Shown here piece by piece: positions 37,937 to 47,364 of a DNA stretch of 64,000 nt (position 1 is the stretch's first letter; the number at the start of each line of letters is the position of its first letter). Where the stretch lies: assembly GCA_902624275.1 (NCBI GenBank), contig CACNWW010000001.1, positions 202,601 through 266,600 of the forward strand, written 5' to 3'. Under the pieces are notes generated by a model. The model did not search any database and was not told the DNA's origin. It saw nothing but the letters and a program-made list of their open reading frames with translations. The DNA is from an uncultured Fidelibacterota bacterium (lineage in GTDB: Bacteria > Fidelibacterota > Marinisomatia > Marinisomatales > Marinisomataceae). The translations under genes were made by a program, and so were the position numbers.

Positions 37937-40726
37937 ATGAGAAAGCTATATAACATGATAGCACTAGCTATGTTCACAAGCTTTATCTTTGCACAAGGTT
38001 CAGTTTCAGGTACAGTTACTGACGGAAATGGTAATGCTCTTTTCGGTGCAAACATATTGATTGAAGGAACAGCATCTGGTGCTGCTACAGGAGCTGACGG
38101 ATCTTATTCAGTCGACGGTGTAGAGAGCGGTAATTATACAGTTACTGCTTCATACATAGGATATGAGTCTGCTAGTATTTCTGTAAATGTAGATGGTGCT
38201 GCAACTGCAAATTTTTCATTAGCTTCTAGTGCTGTGACAGGTAATGCTGTATCAGTTTTAGGTTCTAGATTTGCTAGAAATGTTGATGAACAAGCAGTTC
38301 CAGTTGAAGTTATTACTGAGCTTGAAATTCGTGCTTCTGGTTTTACAGAAACAAATGAATTGCTTCAAGCTTTGGTTCCGTCCTATAACTCTCCTAAAGG
38401 TTATATTACAGACGGTTCTGACCACATGAGACCAGCTACCTTAAGAGGTATGGCTCCTAATCAGACGCTTGTACTCGTAAATGGTAAAAGACGTCATCAA
38501 GGTGCTTTAGTTCACGTAAATGGATCTGTTGGTCGAGGTTCAACACAAGTAGACTTAAATGCAATTCCAGCTAGCGCAATTCAAAAAATTGAAGTGCTAC
38601 GTGACGGTGCTGCTGCCCAATATGGTTCAGATGCTGTTGCAGGAGTAATCAACATTATTCTTAAAGAAGCTGGTGGATCTGACTTAAGTGTAACTTATGG
38701 TCAAAATCTTTCTTTCTTTGAAAGAGGATATGCCGCAGGTGAAGGTCTTATTGATGGCCAAGATGCTTCAACTTACGGTTGGGATCTTGATGAAGAAATA
38801 GAAGGTACTGGTTACCTTCCTTACACTGCAGATAGAGGTTGGGCTCGTCCAGGTCTTGAAACAGTACTTAAACAAGATGGTAGAAACCTAATTATTCATG
38901 GTGGAAGCGGCTTAAATCTTTTTGGTGGAAACTTATACGTCAGTGGTCAAATTCGTGATGGTGGTCGTACTAACCGTGCAGGATTGGACCCAAGAAGACA
39001 GTATTTTGCTGGAATGGATGAAGAAGAGTATGCATTTAATCGAGAAAATCATCGTATTGGTGCAGGTGCATTTGAGCAAGTTAGCTTAATGTTTAACGGT
39101 AGTTTCCCTATAGAGAAAGGTACACTATATGCATTTGGTGGTATGAACTCACGTGATGGTGAAAGTGGTTGTTATTATAGACGAGCACAAGATAACCGTA
39201 CATTGAGAGCATGGTATCCGGATGGATTTTTACCATTAATTAGTCCTACTCTAACAGATGCATCTATGGCTGTTGGAATGAAAGGCTTAATGAGTAATGG
39301 CATCGCATATGATGTAAGTGTTAATACAGGTAGCAATGAATTTGCATGGGGTATGGTAAATAGCCATAATGCAACTGCTGGTAATGGACCTAATCAACAA
39401 TCAGAATTTGATTTGGGTACACTAGGCTACAGCCAAACAACTGTAAATGTTGACATGAGCACTCAAAGAGATATGGCAGGTTTTGCTGGACCTGTTAATT
39501 TAGCATTTGGTGCAGAAGTAAGAATGGAAAACTATGAAATCGAAGCTGGTGAAGAAGCTGGTTATGCAGATTATGGATATGATGTTTTAGATGGTCCAAA
39601 TGCTGGTGCTTCTGCTGCTGTTGGTTGTCAATGTCTTCCTGGTTTAGCACCTGCTAATGAGCAAGATCGTGATAGAGAAGCTGTTAGTGTATATGCTGAA
39701 ATGAGTGGTAATGTTATGGAAGCTTTACAGTTAGATGTCGCACTAAGAACTGAAAATTATAGTGACTTTGGTACTACAACTAATGGTAAAGTAGCTATGA
39801 GATATGAAATAGCGGAAGGAGTAGCTGCTAGAGGTTCTGTTAGTACAGGATTTAGAGCACCAGCTCTTCAAGAAGCTTACTTCTCTTCTATTGCTACAAA
39901 CTTTATTGATGGAGTACCGCTTGAAGTAGGTACTTTCCCAGTTGATACTGAAGCAGCAAGGGCTTTAGGAGCTGAGGATCTTGAACCTGAAACTTCAACA
40001 AATATATCTGCAGGAATGACATATAAAGATGATCAATTCTCTTTATCTGTTGATGCATATCAAATCAATGTTGATGATCGTATTAGCATGAGTGAAACAT
40101 TTAGAGGATCTGGTGCTACTTCTGATATGCTAACATTCTTCGCAGAAAGAGGTGTTCCAGCTTCTGGTGGTAGATACTTCTTTAACGGTATTAATACTGA
40201 AACTAAAGGTCTTGATATTGTTGCTACAATGAAACATGATGTTGCAGCGGGTTCTTTAACTCTAAAAGCAGCTATGAATTTCAATGATACAGAAGTTACT
40301 AATAAAGGTGATCTTGTAACTCCTGATGCATTAGCAGCATACACAACAAGCCAGTTACTTGGAAGACAAAATACAGTTAGATTTGAAAGTTCATCACCAA
40401 AAGAAAACTTTCAATTTTCAGCAATGCTTCAGAAGCCAACTTCTACATTTATGGCGAAGTTAAATCGTTGGGGTGAAGTTACTATCCCATCAAGCACTGT
40501 TGAAAGAGAGCAAGTTTTAAGCTCAAAATGGACAGTTGATATGGAATATGGTTTCCAGCTCAACAGTCAAGTGAGAATGTCGCTTGGTGTAAATAATTTA
40601 CTTGATACGTATCCTGATAAAACTGTTAAAAGAAACAGTTTTAATGGAATTTTCCAACACTCAGGTTACAGCCCATTTGGGTTCAGTGGTAGATATATTT
40701 ACACTCGTTTAGATATGACTTTATAA
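37937..40726 (+). CDS. TonB-dependent outer-membrane receptor with N-terminal carboxypeptidase-regulatory-like domain
   Basis: Start at ATG 37937 (signal ...SFIFA|QGS). CarbopepD_reg-like GSVSGTVTDGNGNALFGANILIEG. Plug motifs RGMAPNQTLVLVNGKR, IEVLRDGAAAQYGSDAVAGVINIILK. Long beta-barrel. Confidence 0.85.
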   Translation: MRKLYNMIALAMFTSFIFAQGSVSGTVTDGNGNALFGANILIEGTASGAATGADGSYSVDGVESGNYTVTASYIGYESASISVNVDGAATANFSLASSAVTGNAVSVLGSRFARNVDEQAVPVEVITELEIRASGFTETNELLQALVPSYNSPKGYITDGSDHMRPATLRGMAPNQTLVLVNGKRRHQGALVHVNGSVGRGSTQVDLNAIPASAIQKIEVLRDGAAAQYGSDAVAGVINIILKEAGGSDLSVTYGQNLSFFERGYAAGEGLIDGQDASTYGWDLDEEIEGTGYLPYTADRGWARPGLETVLKQDGRNLIIHGGSGLNLFGGNLYVSGQIRDGGRTNRAGLDPRRQYFAGMDEEEYAFNRENHRIGAGAFEQVSLMFNGSFPIEKGTLYAFGGMNSRDGESGCYYRRAQDNRTLRAWYPDGFLPLISPTLTDASMAVGMKGLMSNGIAYDVSVNTGSNEFAWGMVNSHNATAGNGPNQQSEFDLGTLGYSQTTVNVDMSTQRDMAGFAGPVNLAFGAEVRMENYEIEAGEEAGYADYGYDVLDGPNAGASAAVGCQCLPGLAPANEQDRDREAVSVYAEMSGNVMEALQLDVALRTENYSDFGTTTNGKVAMRYEIAEGVAARGSVSTGFRAPALQEAYFSSIATNFIDGVPLEVGTFPVDTEAARALGAEDLEPETSTNISAGMTYKDDQFSLSVDAYQINVDDRISMSETFRGSGATSDMLTFFAERGVPASGGRYFFNGINTETKGLDIVATMKHDVAAGSLTLKAAMNFNDTEVTNKGDLVTPDALAAYTTSQLLGRQNTVRFESSSPKENFQFSAMLQKPTSTFMAKLNRWGEVTIPSSTVEREQVLSSKWTVDMEYGFQLNSQVRMSLGVNNLLDTYPDKTVKRNSFNGIFQHSGYSPFGFSGRYIYTRLDMTL

Positions 40727-40753
40727 GCTCATTGTAGAACGATTCAAAAAAAT

Positions 40754-40783
40754 AAAAAGCCTCTATTTTTTTAGAGGCTTTTT
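40754..40783 (+). terminator. rho-independent terminator after the TonB receptor
   Basis: AAAAAGCCTCTA / TAGAGGCTTTTT 12-bp stem, 6-nt T loop, trailing T tract. Pairing verified by hand. Confidence 0.8.
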
Positions 40784-40800
40784 ATTTATCTTATTGAAAT

Positions 40801-42642
40801 ATGAAGGAATTAAATAAAAATTTAAAATTATTATTTCAATCGATTTTAACCACTCTGATAATTTTATCATGTAATACAAAAAAAATTGAAATTAATAATG
40901 AAAATGGCGCTGTTTCATCAACATCTAACATTGCTTCGCAAGTTGGTATAGATTTTTTGAAAAAAGGTGGAAATGCATTTGACGCTATTGTTGCAACTGG
41001 CTTTACTCTGGCAGTTACATCTCCCTCCAATGGTAATATTGGCGGTGGGGGTTTTATGGTGGCACAAACTGAAGATGGCCGAGTAGTTAGTTTAGATTTT
41101 CGTGAGAAAGCACCTGAAAAATCGTATGAAACTATGTTTCTTGATGAAAATAATGAATACAGCAGAGAATTAGCATTAATGTCACATAAATCATCTGGGG
41201 TTCCTGGAACTGTAAATGGACTTATTAAAATTTTTGAAGATTATGGTTCTGGAAAATTTTCCTTAGAAGAAATTTTAGCTCCTGCTATTTATTATGCAGA
41301 AAACGGTCACAAAATTAATAGAAATTCTGCAAATGGATTTGATATGTATAAAGCAGATTTTTTGAATGATTATGGTTCACGAACAATTTTTATAAAAGAT
41401 TATAACGCAGAAATTCAAAGTCTTGAAAAAGACTACAAGGATGGCACCATTCCTCTAGATGAATATTTAGATAAATTACGATCTATTGATCAGTGGCAAG
41501 AGGGTGACATTTTAGTACAAAGCGATTTAGCAAATACTCTCAGAAGGATTGCAAATTATGGTATTGATGGTTTTTACAAAGGAAAGACTGCTGAATTAAT
41601 TGTAACAGAAATGGAAAAAAATAACGGACTGATTTCATTAGATGATTTAAAAAAATATGACTCTGTTTACAGAAAACCTCTTTTTGGGACTTATAGAGGT
41701 AAAAAAATAATTTCAATGGGGCCTCCAAGTTCTGGAGGGGCTCTTTTAATTCAAATGCTGAATATGTTAGAGAACTATGATATTAAAAATATGAAAAGAA
41801 ATTCAGTAGAATTTGTTCATTTAATGACTGAGGTTCAAAGATTAGCTTATGCAGACAGAGCTATACATTTAGGAGATCCTGACTTCTATCCAAGTCCAAT
41901 TCCAATGTTAATTTCAAAAGAATATGCAAATGATAGATTAAAATTAGTGAATATGGAAAAGGCGACCCCAAGTGTCAATATTGCTGCTGGTGTTGTGGTT
42001 AACGAGAGTACAGAAACAACTCACTATTCTGTGATGGATAAATATGGTAATGCAGTCGGAATCACTACAACAATTAATTTATCTTTTGGCAATAAAAAAA
42101 TAGTTGATGGTGCTGGATTTTTCTTGAATAATGAAATGGATGATTTTTCATCAAAACCTGGACAATTAAATGCTTTTGGACTAGTTGGTGATAAAGCAAA
42201 TGCAATAGAACCATTCAAAAGACCATTAAGTTCAATGACACCTACACTTGTTTTAAATGAAGATAATACTCCTATAATGACGATTGGAGCCGCGGGCGGT
42301 TCTAGGATTATTACTGCAGTTCTCCAAGTAATTATAAGTACCATTGATCATCAAATTGGCATTCAAGAAGCAATTAACCTTGGGAGAACTCATTCTCAGT
42401 GGATACCTGATATAATAAGGTATGAGGGAGGTAATAGGCCTGAATATAGGCTTCCAAGTTTATCAAAAAAAGAAGTTGAATCTCTCAAAAAACTTGATCA
42501 TAAATTTGAAGAAAATGGTAATGTTGAAAACGGGAAGTATTATTTAGCACGAACTCATGGTATAGAATTTAAAAATGGTAAATTTTATACAGGAGTTGAT
42601 TGGCGTGGTAATGGCAATGTCAGCGACGGAATAACTTATTAA
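40801..42642 (+). CDS. ggt: gamma-glutamyltranspeptidase, lipoprotein
   Basis: 613 aa. Lipobox ILSC. GGNAFDA, autoprocessing site ETTHYSV, GAAGGSRIIT. Confidence 0.85.
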   Translation: MKELNKNLKLLFQSILTTLIILSCNTKKIEINNENGAVSSTSNIASQVGIDFLKKGGNAFDAIVATGFTLAVTSPSNGNIGGGGFMVAQTEDGRVVSLDFREKAPEKSYETMFLDENNEYSRELALMSHKSSGVPGTVNGLIKIFEDYGSGKFSLEEILAPAIYYAENGHKINRNSANGFDMYKADFLNDYGSRTIFIKDYNAEIQSLEKDYKDGTIPLDEYLDKLRSIDQWQEGDILVQSDLANTLRRIANYGIDGFYKGKTAELIVTEMEKNNGLISLDDLKKYDSVYRKPLFGTYRGKKIISMGPPSSGGALLIQMLNMLENYDIKNMKRNSVEFVHLMTEVQRLAYADRAIHLGDPDFYPSPIPMLISKEYANDRLKLVNMEKATPSVNIAAGVVVNESTETTHYSVMDKYGNAVGITTTINLSFGNKKIVDGAGFFLNNEMDDFSSKPGQLNAFGLVGDKANAIEPFKRPLSSMTPTLVLNEDNTPIMTIGAAGGSRIITAVLQVIISTIDHQIGIQEAINLGRTHSQWIPDIIRYEGGNRPEYRLPSLSKKEVESLKKLDHKFEENGNVENGKYYLARTHGIEFKNGKFYTGVDWRGNGNVSDGITY

Positions 42643-42650
42643 ATATAGTT

Positions 42651-43748
42651 TTATTTCTTAAGAGCATTTGCTTTATTTAAATATTCTTGAGCATCTTCCA
42701 ATCTTCCCTCTTCAAAGTATGTTCTATAAACGCCATAGTAATATTGAGGGTTATTTGGGCTTTGATCAATAAGCTCTAAATAATAATTTCTTGCTTTTCT
42801 CCATCTTTCAGCTTCTTCAAGTGCCTTAGCTAAACCAAAAAGTGCTTCTAAATCATCAGGTGCTAAAAAATAAGCTTCTTCAAAATTATATTCGGCTTCT
42901 TCAAAGTTTTTCATTTTTAAGTATACCAAACCCCTATTGAAAAAAAGATCCACCATTTTTTTATCTTCTTCTGCTAATTCAATCGCCTGATTTAAATATT
43001 TTAAAGATAAATCAAAGTTACCTTGAGATAAATAAAGCGACCCCAAACTTTCTAAAACTGATACATCTTGTGCGTTTATATCCAATGCTTTATTAAATAA
43101 ATTTAAAGCAGCATCATATTCACCCAATCTAATATAACTTTGACCACCGCTAGTAAAGATAGCTATTCTTGTTTCGTCCGGTAAATTAGGTATTGCTAAT
43201 CCTGAATTAATATATTTTTTTGTGGTTTCTTTATCACCTTTTACTGAAGCAAAAATTGACATTAATGCATAACCTCCAGGCTGTGAAGGGTCTAAGTCTA
43301 TTCCCATTTGACATATTTTCATCGCTTCGTCAATCAATTTTGATCTTTCATCAACTGAAGATGATTGATTGATTAATGCAAGATAATTAGAACCCTTAAT
43401 ATATATTTTATTATAAGAGTTTGATATTGACTCAGATACTGCTTGAGTAATTAAAATTTTTCTGGAATCACGTGTGGGCCTTATTTTAAAATTTTTTGGA
43501 GCTGTAAGCGCAATATCCATATTTTGTCGAACTAAATCCCACCTCTCTTTATTTGGATAAACTTTATCTGCAAGATGAAATGCCGCTTCCCATTTATCTT
43601 TTGGATGATTTAAAGCTTTAACTAGAAATATTTCAGCTTCATTCAAATTGTTTTCATTTATTCTAATTTTTGCTGAGGTCAAATCTTGTGCGACTACAAA
43701 AAAAGACATAAAAATTATTATAATTAATAGATGTTTTAAAATTCTCAT
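42651..43748 (-). CDS. secreted TPR-repeat protein
   Basis: ATG 43748 preferred (AAAGGAAAAAAA upstream; signal ...FFVVA|QD). The TTG at 43799, overlapping the pfkB stop, is the alternative. Multiple TPR motifs (YIRLGEYDAALNLFNKAL etc.). Confidence 0.6.
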   Translation of the reverse strand: MRILKHLLIIIIFMSFFVVAQDLTSAKIRINENNLNEAEIFLVKALNHPKDKWEAAFHLADKVYPNKERWDLVRQNMDIALTAPKNFKIRPTRDSRKILITQAVSESISNSYNKIYIKGSNYLALINQSSSVDERSKLIDEAMKICQMGIDLDPSQPGGYALMSIFASVKGDKETTKKYINSGLAIPNLPDETRIAIFTSGGQSYIRLGEYDAALNLFNKALDINAQDVSVLESLGSLYLSQGNFDLSLKYLNQAIELAEEDKKMVDLFFNRGLVYLKMKNFEEAEYNFEEAYFLAPDDLEALFGLAKALEEAERWRKARNYYLELIDQSPNNPQYYYGVYRTYFEEGRLEDAQEYLNKANALKK

Positions 43749-43795
43749 TTTTTTTCCTTTTATTGATTTCAAGTTAGTATGATTAGATCGAGTTT

Positions 43796-44701
43796 TCAAG
43801 AAGTATGGTTGTCACTTATCCATTCAAGTCGTTTAGAAAATTCTACTTCATTTATTTTCAAAAGACCGTCTATTCCTATACCCTCAATACAAAAAGATGC
43901 CATTACAGCACCTACTTTCATAGATTCAAATATGTTTTTTCCATTTATTTTACCCATAAGCACTCCACCCATATAAGCATCTCCTGCACCGGTGGTATCA
44001 ATCACCTTATCTACTGGAAATGCCTTAATTGAAAAATTATTTTGAGAATCAAAAAAATGAGATCCATTCTCCCCATCTTTTATAATAACACTTTTGGGAC
44101 CAAGATCTAAAATGGACATAGCCATTTCTATCAAATTTGTTCCATCTTTTCCTGTGATTGCACGAGCTTCATTAAAATTTATACAAAATAAATCAACTCG
44201 CTTTATTAAAGCTTTAAGTTCTTCATTTGCAATGTCTATGTAGAGCTTAAAAGTGTCTAATAATACAAAGGGATTATTTTGCATTTGATTTAAAAGATCA
44301 GTTTGCAAATGTGGGGCAGTATTGCCTAATAATAGATAAGGACAATTTTTTGAATCTTCAGATAAATTTGGTAAATATGATTCAGACACTCCTGGATCCA
44401 CATACAAGGTTTTTCTTGATGAAAAATCATCTTTATACTCTCCTCCCCAACAAAACGTATTTCCATCTAATTTTGTTAATGAACTTGTTGTTATCGAGTG
44501 ATCAGAAAGTAAATTAAAATGGTTTTTTTGAAAATCATCACCAACAACTCCAACTAATTCGCAGGTATCTTTTTTATTAGCCAGTAGAGCGTATGCAGCT
44601 GATCCGCCTAAAACACTAGAAAACTCACCGTGCTTATTGACAATTTTATCAATACTTATTGAACCAAATACAACTGCTTTATGTGATTGATTTGAAGTCA
44701 T
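43796..44701 (-). CDS. PfkB-family carbohydrate kinase
   Basis: 301 aa. N-terminal GG motif (VLGGSAAY) and C-terminal DTTGAGDA anion-hole motif. Confidence 0.7.
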   Translation of the reverse strand: MTSNQSHKAVVFGSISIDKIVNKHGEFSSVLGGSAAYALLANKKDTCELVGVVGDDFQKNHFNLLSDHSITTSSLTKLDGNTFCWGGEYKDDFSSRKTLYVDPGVSESYLPNLSEDSKNCPYLLLGNTAPHLQTDLLNQMQNNPFVLLDTFKLYIDIANEELKALIKRVDLFCINFNEARAITGKDGTNLIEMAMSILDLGPKSVIIKDGENGSHFFDSQNNFSIKAFPVDKVIDTTGAGDAYMGGVLMGKINGKNIFESMKVGAVMASFCIEGIGIDGLLKINEVEFSKRLEWISDNHTS

Positions 44702-44734
44702 AATTTTTTTTATTAAGATAGTAATGTAATCAAA

Positions 44735-45847
44735 ATGAAAAAAGAAAAAATAGTACTGGGTATGAGCGGCGGAGTTGATAGCTCTGTAGCTGCACTCTTA
44801 CTTCAAAAAAAAGGTTTTGAAGTATATGGTGTTTTTATGAAAAACTGGGATGATAAAAATGCTATTTGTAGTGCAGAAGATGATTATGCTGATGCATCAA
44901 GTGTATGCAATCAATTAAATATTCCTTTAAAAAAAATAAATTATACAAAAGAATATAAAGAACGTGTTTTTTCTCAGTTTTTAGATGATCATAAAAATGG
45001 ATTTACTCCAAATCCAGATGTTTTATGTAACAAAGAAATCAAATTTGATGTTTTCCAAAAACATGCCAAACAAATAGGAGCTATAAAAATTGCCTCAGGT
45101 CATTATGCAAAAATAGTAAGAGTAAATGATAATTTTTTTATAGGTAAAGCCTCAGATAATACAAAAGATCAGTCCTATTTTTTATATCAATTAAAAAGCT
45201 CGCTATTGAAAAATATTGAGTTTCCTCTAGCAAATTTACTCAAAAAAGATATTAGAAAAATTGCTGAAGAAAATAATTTAGTTAATGCTTCTAAAAAAGA
45301 TAGTACAGGTATATGTTTTATAGGAGATCGCAAATATAATGATTTTGTTAGTCAATTTTTGAAAACAAAAACTGGTAAAATTATTACAGTTGACGACAAA
45401 GAAATTGGGCAACATGATGGACATATGTATTTTACTGTTGGTCAACGAAAAGGTTTAGGAATTGGAGCTCAAAATTCTGCTCATGATAAACCTTGGTATG
45501 TTGTGAATAAAGATATTGATAAAAATATCGTTTATGTTGCTCAAGGAGGCAATCATCCTGCTTTATTTTCTAATCAATTATTAGCTGATAAGATGCATTG
45601 GAATCGAGATATTTCAAAATCGCTACCGCTAAAATGTAAGGCGAAAGTTAGGTATCGTGACAAAGATCATTCTTGTCAAATATTATCATCTAATGAAGAT
45701 GAATGTTATATTAAATTTGATAATGAAATTAAAGCAATAACTAATGGTCAGTCGATTGTTTTCTATGATGAAGATGATCTTTGTATTGGTGGTGGAATCA
45801 TTAGAAAAAGAAACATACCTTTTTTAGGTGAGGAAATAAATGAATAA
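44735..45847 (+). CDS. mnmA: tRNA 2-thiouridine(34) synthase
   Basis: 370 aa. PP-loop GMSGGVDSSVAA, KDQSYFL, catalytic Cys in GICFIG. Confidence 0.9.
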   Translation: MKKEKIVLGMSGGVDSSVAALLLQKKGFEVYGVFMKNWDDKNAICSAEDDYADASSVCNQLNIPLKKINYTKEYKERVFSQFLDDHKNGFTPNPDVLCNKEIKFDVFQKHAKQIGAIKIASGHYAKIVRVNDNFFIGKASDNTKDQSYFLYQLKSSLLKNIEFPLANLLKKDIRKIAEENNLVNASKKDSTGICFIGDRKYNDFVSQFLKTKTGKIITVDDKEIGQHDGHMYFTVGQRKGLGIGAQNSAHDKPWYVVNKDIDKNIVYVAQGGNHPALFSNQLLADKMHWNRDISKSLPLKCKAKVRYRDKDHSCQILSSNEDECYIKFDNEIKAITNGQSIVFYDEDDLCIGGGIIRKRNIPFLGEEINE

Positions 45848-46565
45848 AGAATTAAGGGTTGTTATTTTAGCAGCAGGGAAAGGAAAAAGAATGAACTCAG
45901 ATTTGCCCAAAGTGCTACACAAATTAAATGGTAAGCCACTTATAGATTACGTAATCGATGAAAGTGAGCTTCTAAACCCCAAAGAAATAGTGCTAGTAGT
46001 AGGATTTAAAAAGGAACATGTTATCAAACATACTGAAAGTAGGATTAAACTTAATTATGCTACTCAAATAGAGCAACTCGGAACAGGGCATGCATTGTTA
46101 CAAACAAAAGGATTATTAAAAAATAGAAAAGGACATATATTAATTTTATATGGCGATGTTCCAAACATAAAAGCTTCAACGCTTCAGCCAATTGTTAATG
46201 ATCACATTAATAATAATCGAGACTTAACTCTAATTACTGCAGAAATTGATGACCCAACTGGATATGGTCGAATTATTCGAGATAAAAACGCAAACCTTTT
46301 AAAAATAATTGAAGAGAAGGATTGCAGTGATAGCGAAAAAAAGATTAAGGAATGGAATCCCGGTATATACATTTTTAAAATTCCAGAAGTTTTTAAAATC
46401 TTAGATAACATTAAAACAAATAATGCGTCCAAAGAATACTATCTAACTGATGCAATTGGATTAGCTCAACAATCAAATATGCAAATAAAAGCTATTAAAA
46501 TTGCAAATTCTGATGAAGTAGTAGGGATAAATACGGCCGATCAACTGAAAGAGCTTGAAGATTGA
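45840..46565 (+). CDS. GlmU-like sugar-1-phosphate uridylyltransferase domain only (no acetyltransferase LbH domain)
   Basis: 241 aa. VILAAGKGKRMNSDLPKVLH, QLGTGHAL, YGDVP, EYYLTD are the GlmU N-domain motifs. The protein ends at the linker, and the next ORF is unrelated. Confidence 0.65.
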   Translation: MNKELRVVILAAGKGKRMNSDLPKVLHKLNGKPLIDYVIDESELLNPKEIVLVVGFKKEHVIKHTESRIKLNYATQIEQLGTGHALLQTKGLLKNRKGHILILYGDVPNIKASTLQPIVNDHINNNRDLTLITAEIDDPTGYGRIIRDKNANLLKIIEEKDCSDSEKKIKEWNPGIYIFKIPEVFKILDNIKTNNASKEYYLTDAIGLAQQSNMQIKAIKIANSDEVVGINTADQLKELED

Positions 46566-47038
46566 AATACTTGTTAAATATAGTTATCATTTTTTTGATT
46601 ATTATTATTTTAGGGTTTGTCTTGTCATTCAATATATATCTAAAACAAGAATCCCCACCAAAAAATTTAAATCAGAAAAATATTTCAGAATTGACTAATA
46701 AAATAAAATTATTTGAAAATTATTCATCACAAACTTTAAACATTGCAGTATTAAATGGATGTGGTGTTAGCGGGGTTGGAAATTCTTACACGAATATCTT
46801 GAGAAATAGATATGGACTGCAAGTTACTAGAACCGAAAATGCAGATAACTTTAACTACGAAATTACAACTATTGTCATTTTAAATAAGGACAACCCTGAT
46901 ATTGAAAATTTACTGACTGTATTAGGAACCAACATTAATGCTGGTAATGTTGAGTTTAACTCAACAGTAAATCCTACTGAAGATATTCAAATTATTATTG
47001 GTAAAGACTATCAAGAGTTTCTTAACTTGAATCAATGA
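46562..47038 (+). CDS. membrane-anchored LytR_C-domain protein
   Basis: 158 aa. N-terminal TM helix. IAVLNGCGVSGVGNSYTNIL...TENADNFNYEITTIV resembles the LytR C-terminal domain. TTGA overlap with the upstream gene. Confidence 0.5.
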   Translation: MKYLLNIVIIFLIIIILGFVLSFNIYLKQESPPKNLNQKNISELTNKIKLFENYSSQTLNIAVLNGCGVSGVGNSYTNILRNRYGLQVTRTENADNFNYEITTIVILNKDNPDIENLLTVLGTNINAGNVEFNSTVNPTEDIQIIIGKDYQEFLNLNQ

Positions 47039-47364
47039 GCTCTAAACCACTACTTAAAAAAATTGTTTCATTAGCTGACGATAAAAAAGCTGAAAATATT
47101 GTAGCACTAGATGTTTCAGAAATTACTTCTCTTTCGGAATACTTTGTAGTTTGTTCTGCTTCAAATCTCATTCAAGTCAAAGCGATTGCAGATAATATAA
47201 AAAAAAATATTTCTGAAAATCCCTGGAAAACAGAAGGCTATGAAAATGGTACATGGATTATATTAGATTACGTTGATATAGTGGTGCATATTTTCTTTGA
47301 GGATATGAGATCATACTACGATTTAGAAAGAATATGGTTCGATGCAAAGGTGGTAAAAATATGA
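47035..47364 (+). CDS. rsfS: ribosome silencing factor
   Basis: 109 aa. DDKKAENIVALDV, YFVVCSA, W.ILDY.DIVVHIF, YDLERIW. Confidence 0.85.
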   Translation: MSSKPLLKKIVSLADDKKAENIVALDVSEITSLSEYFVVCSASNLIQVKAIADNIKKNISENPWKTEGYENGTWIILDYVDIVVHIFFEDMRSYYDLERIWFDAKVVKI

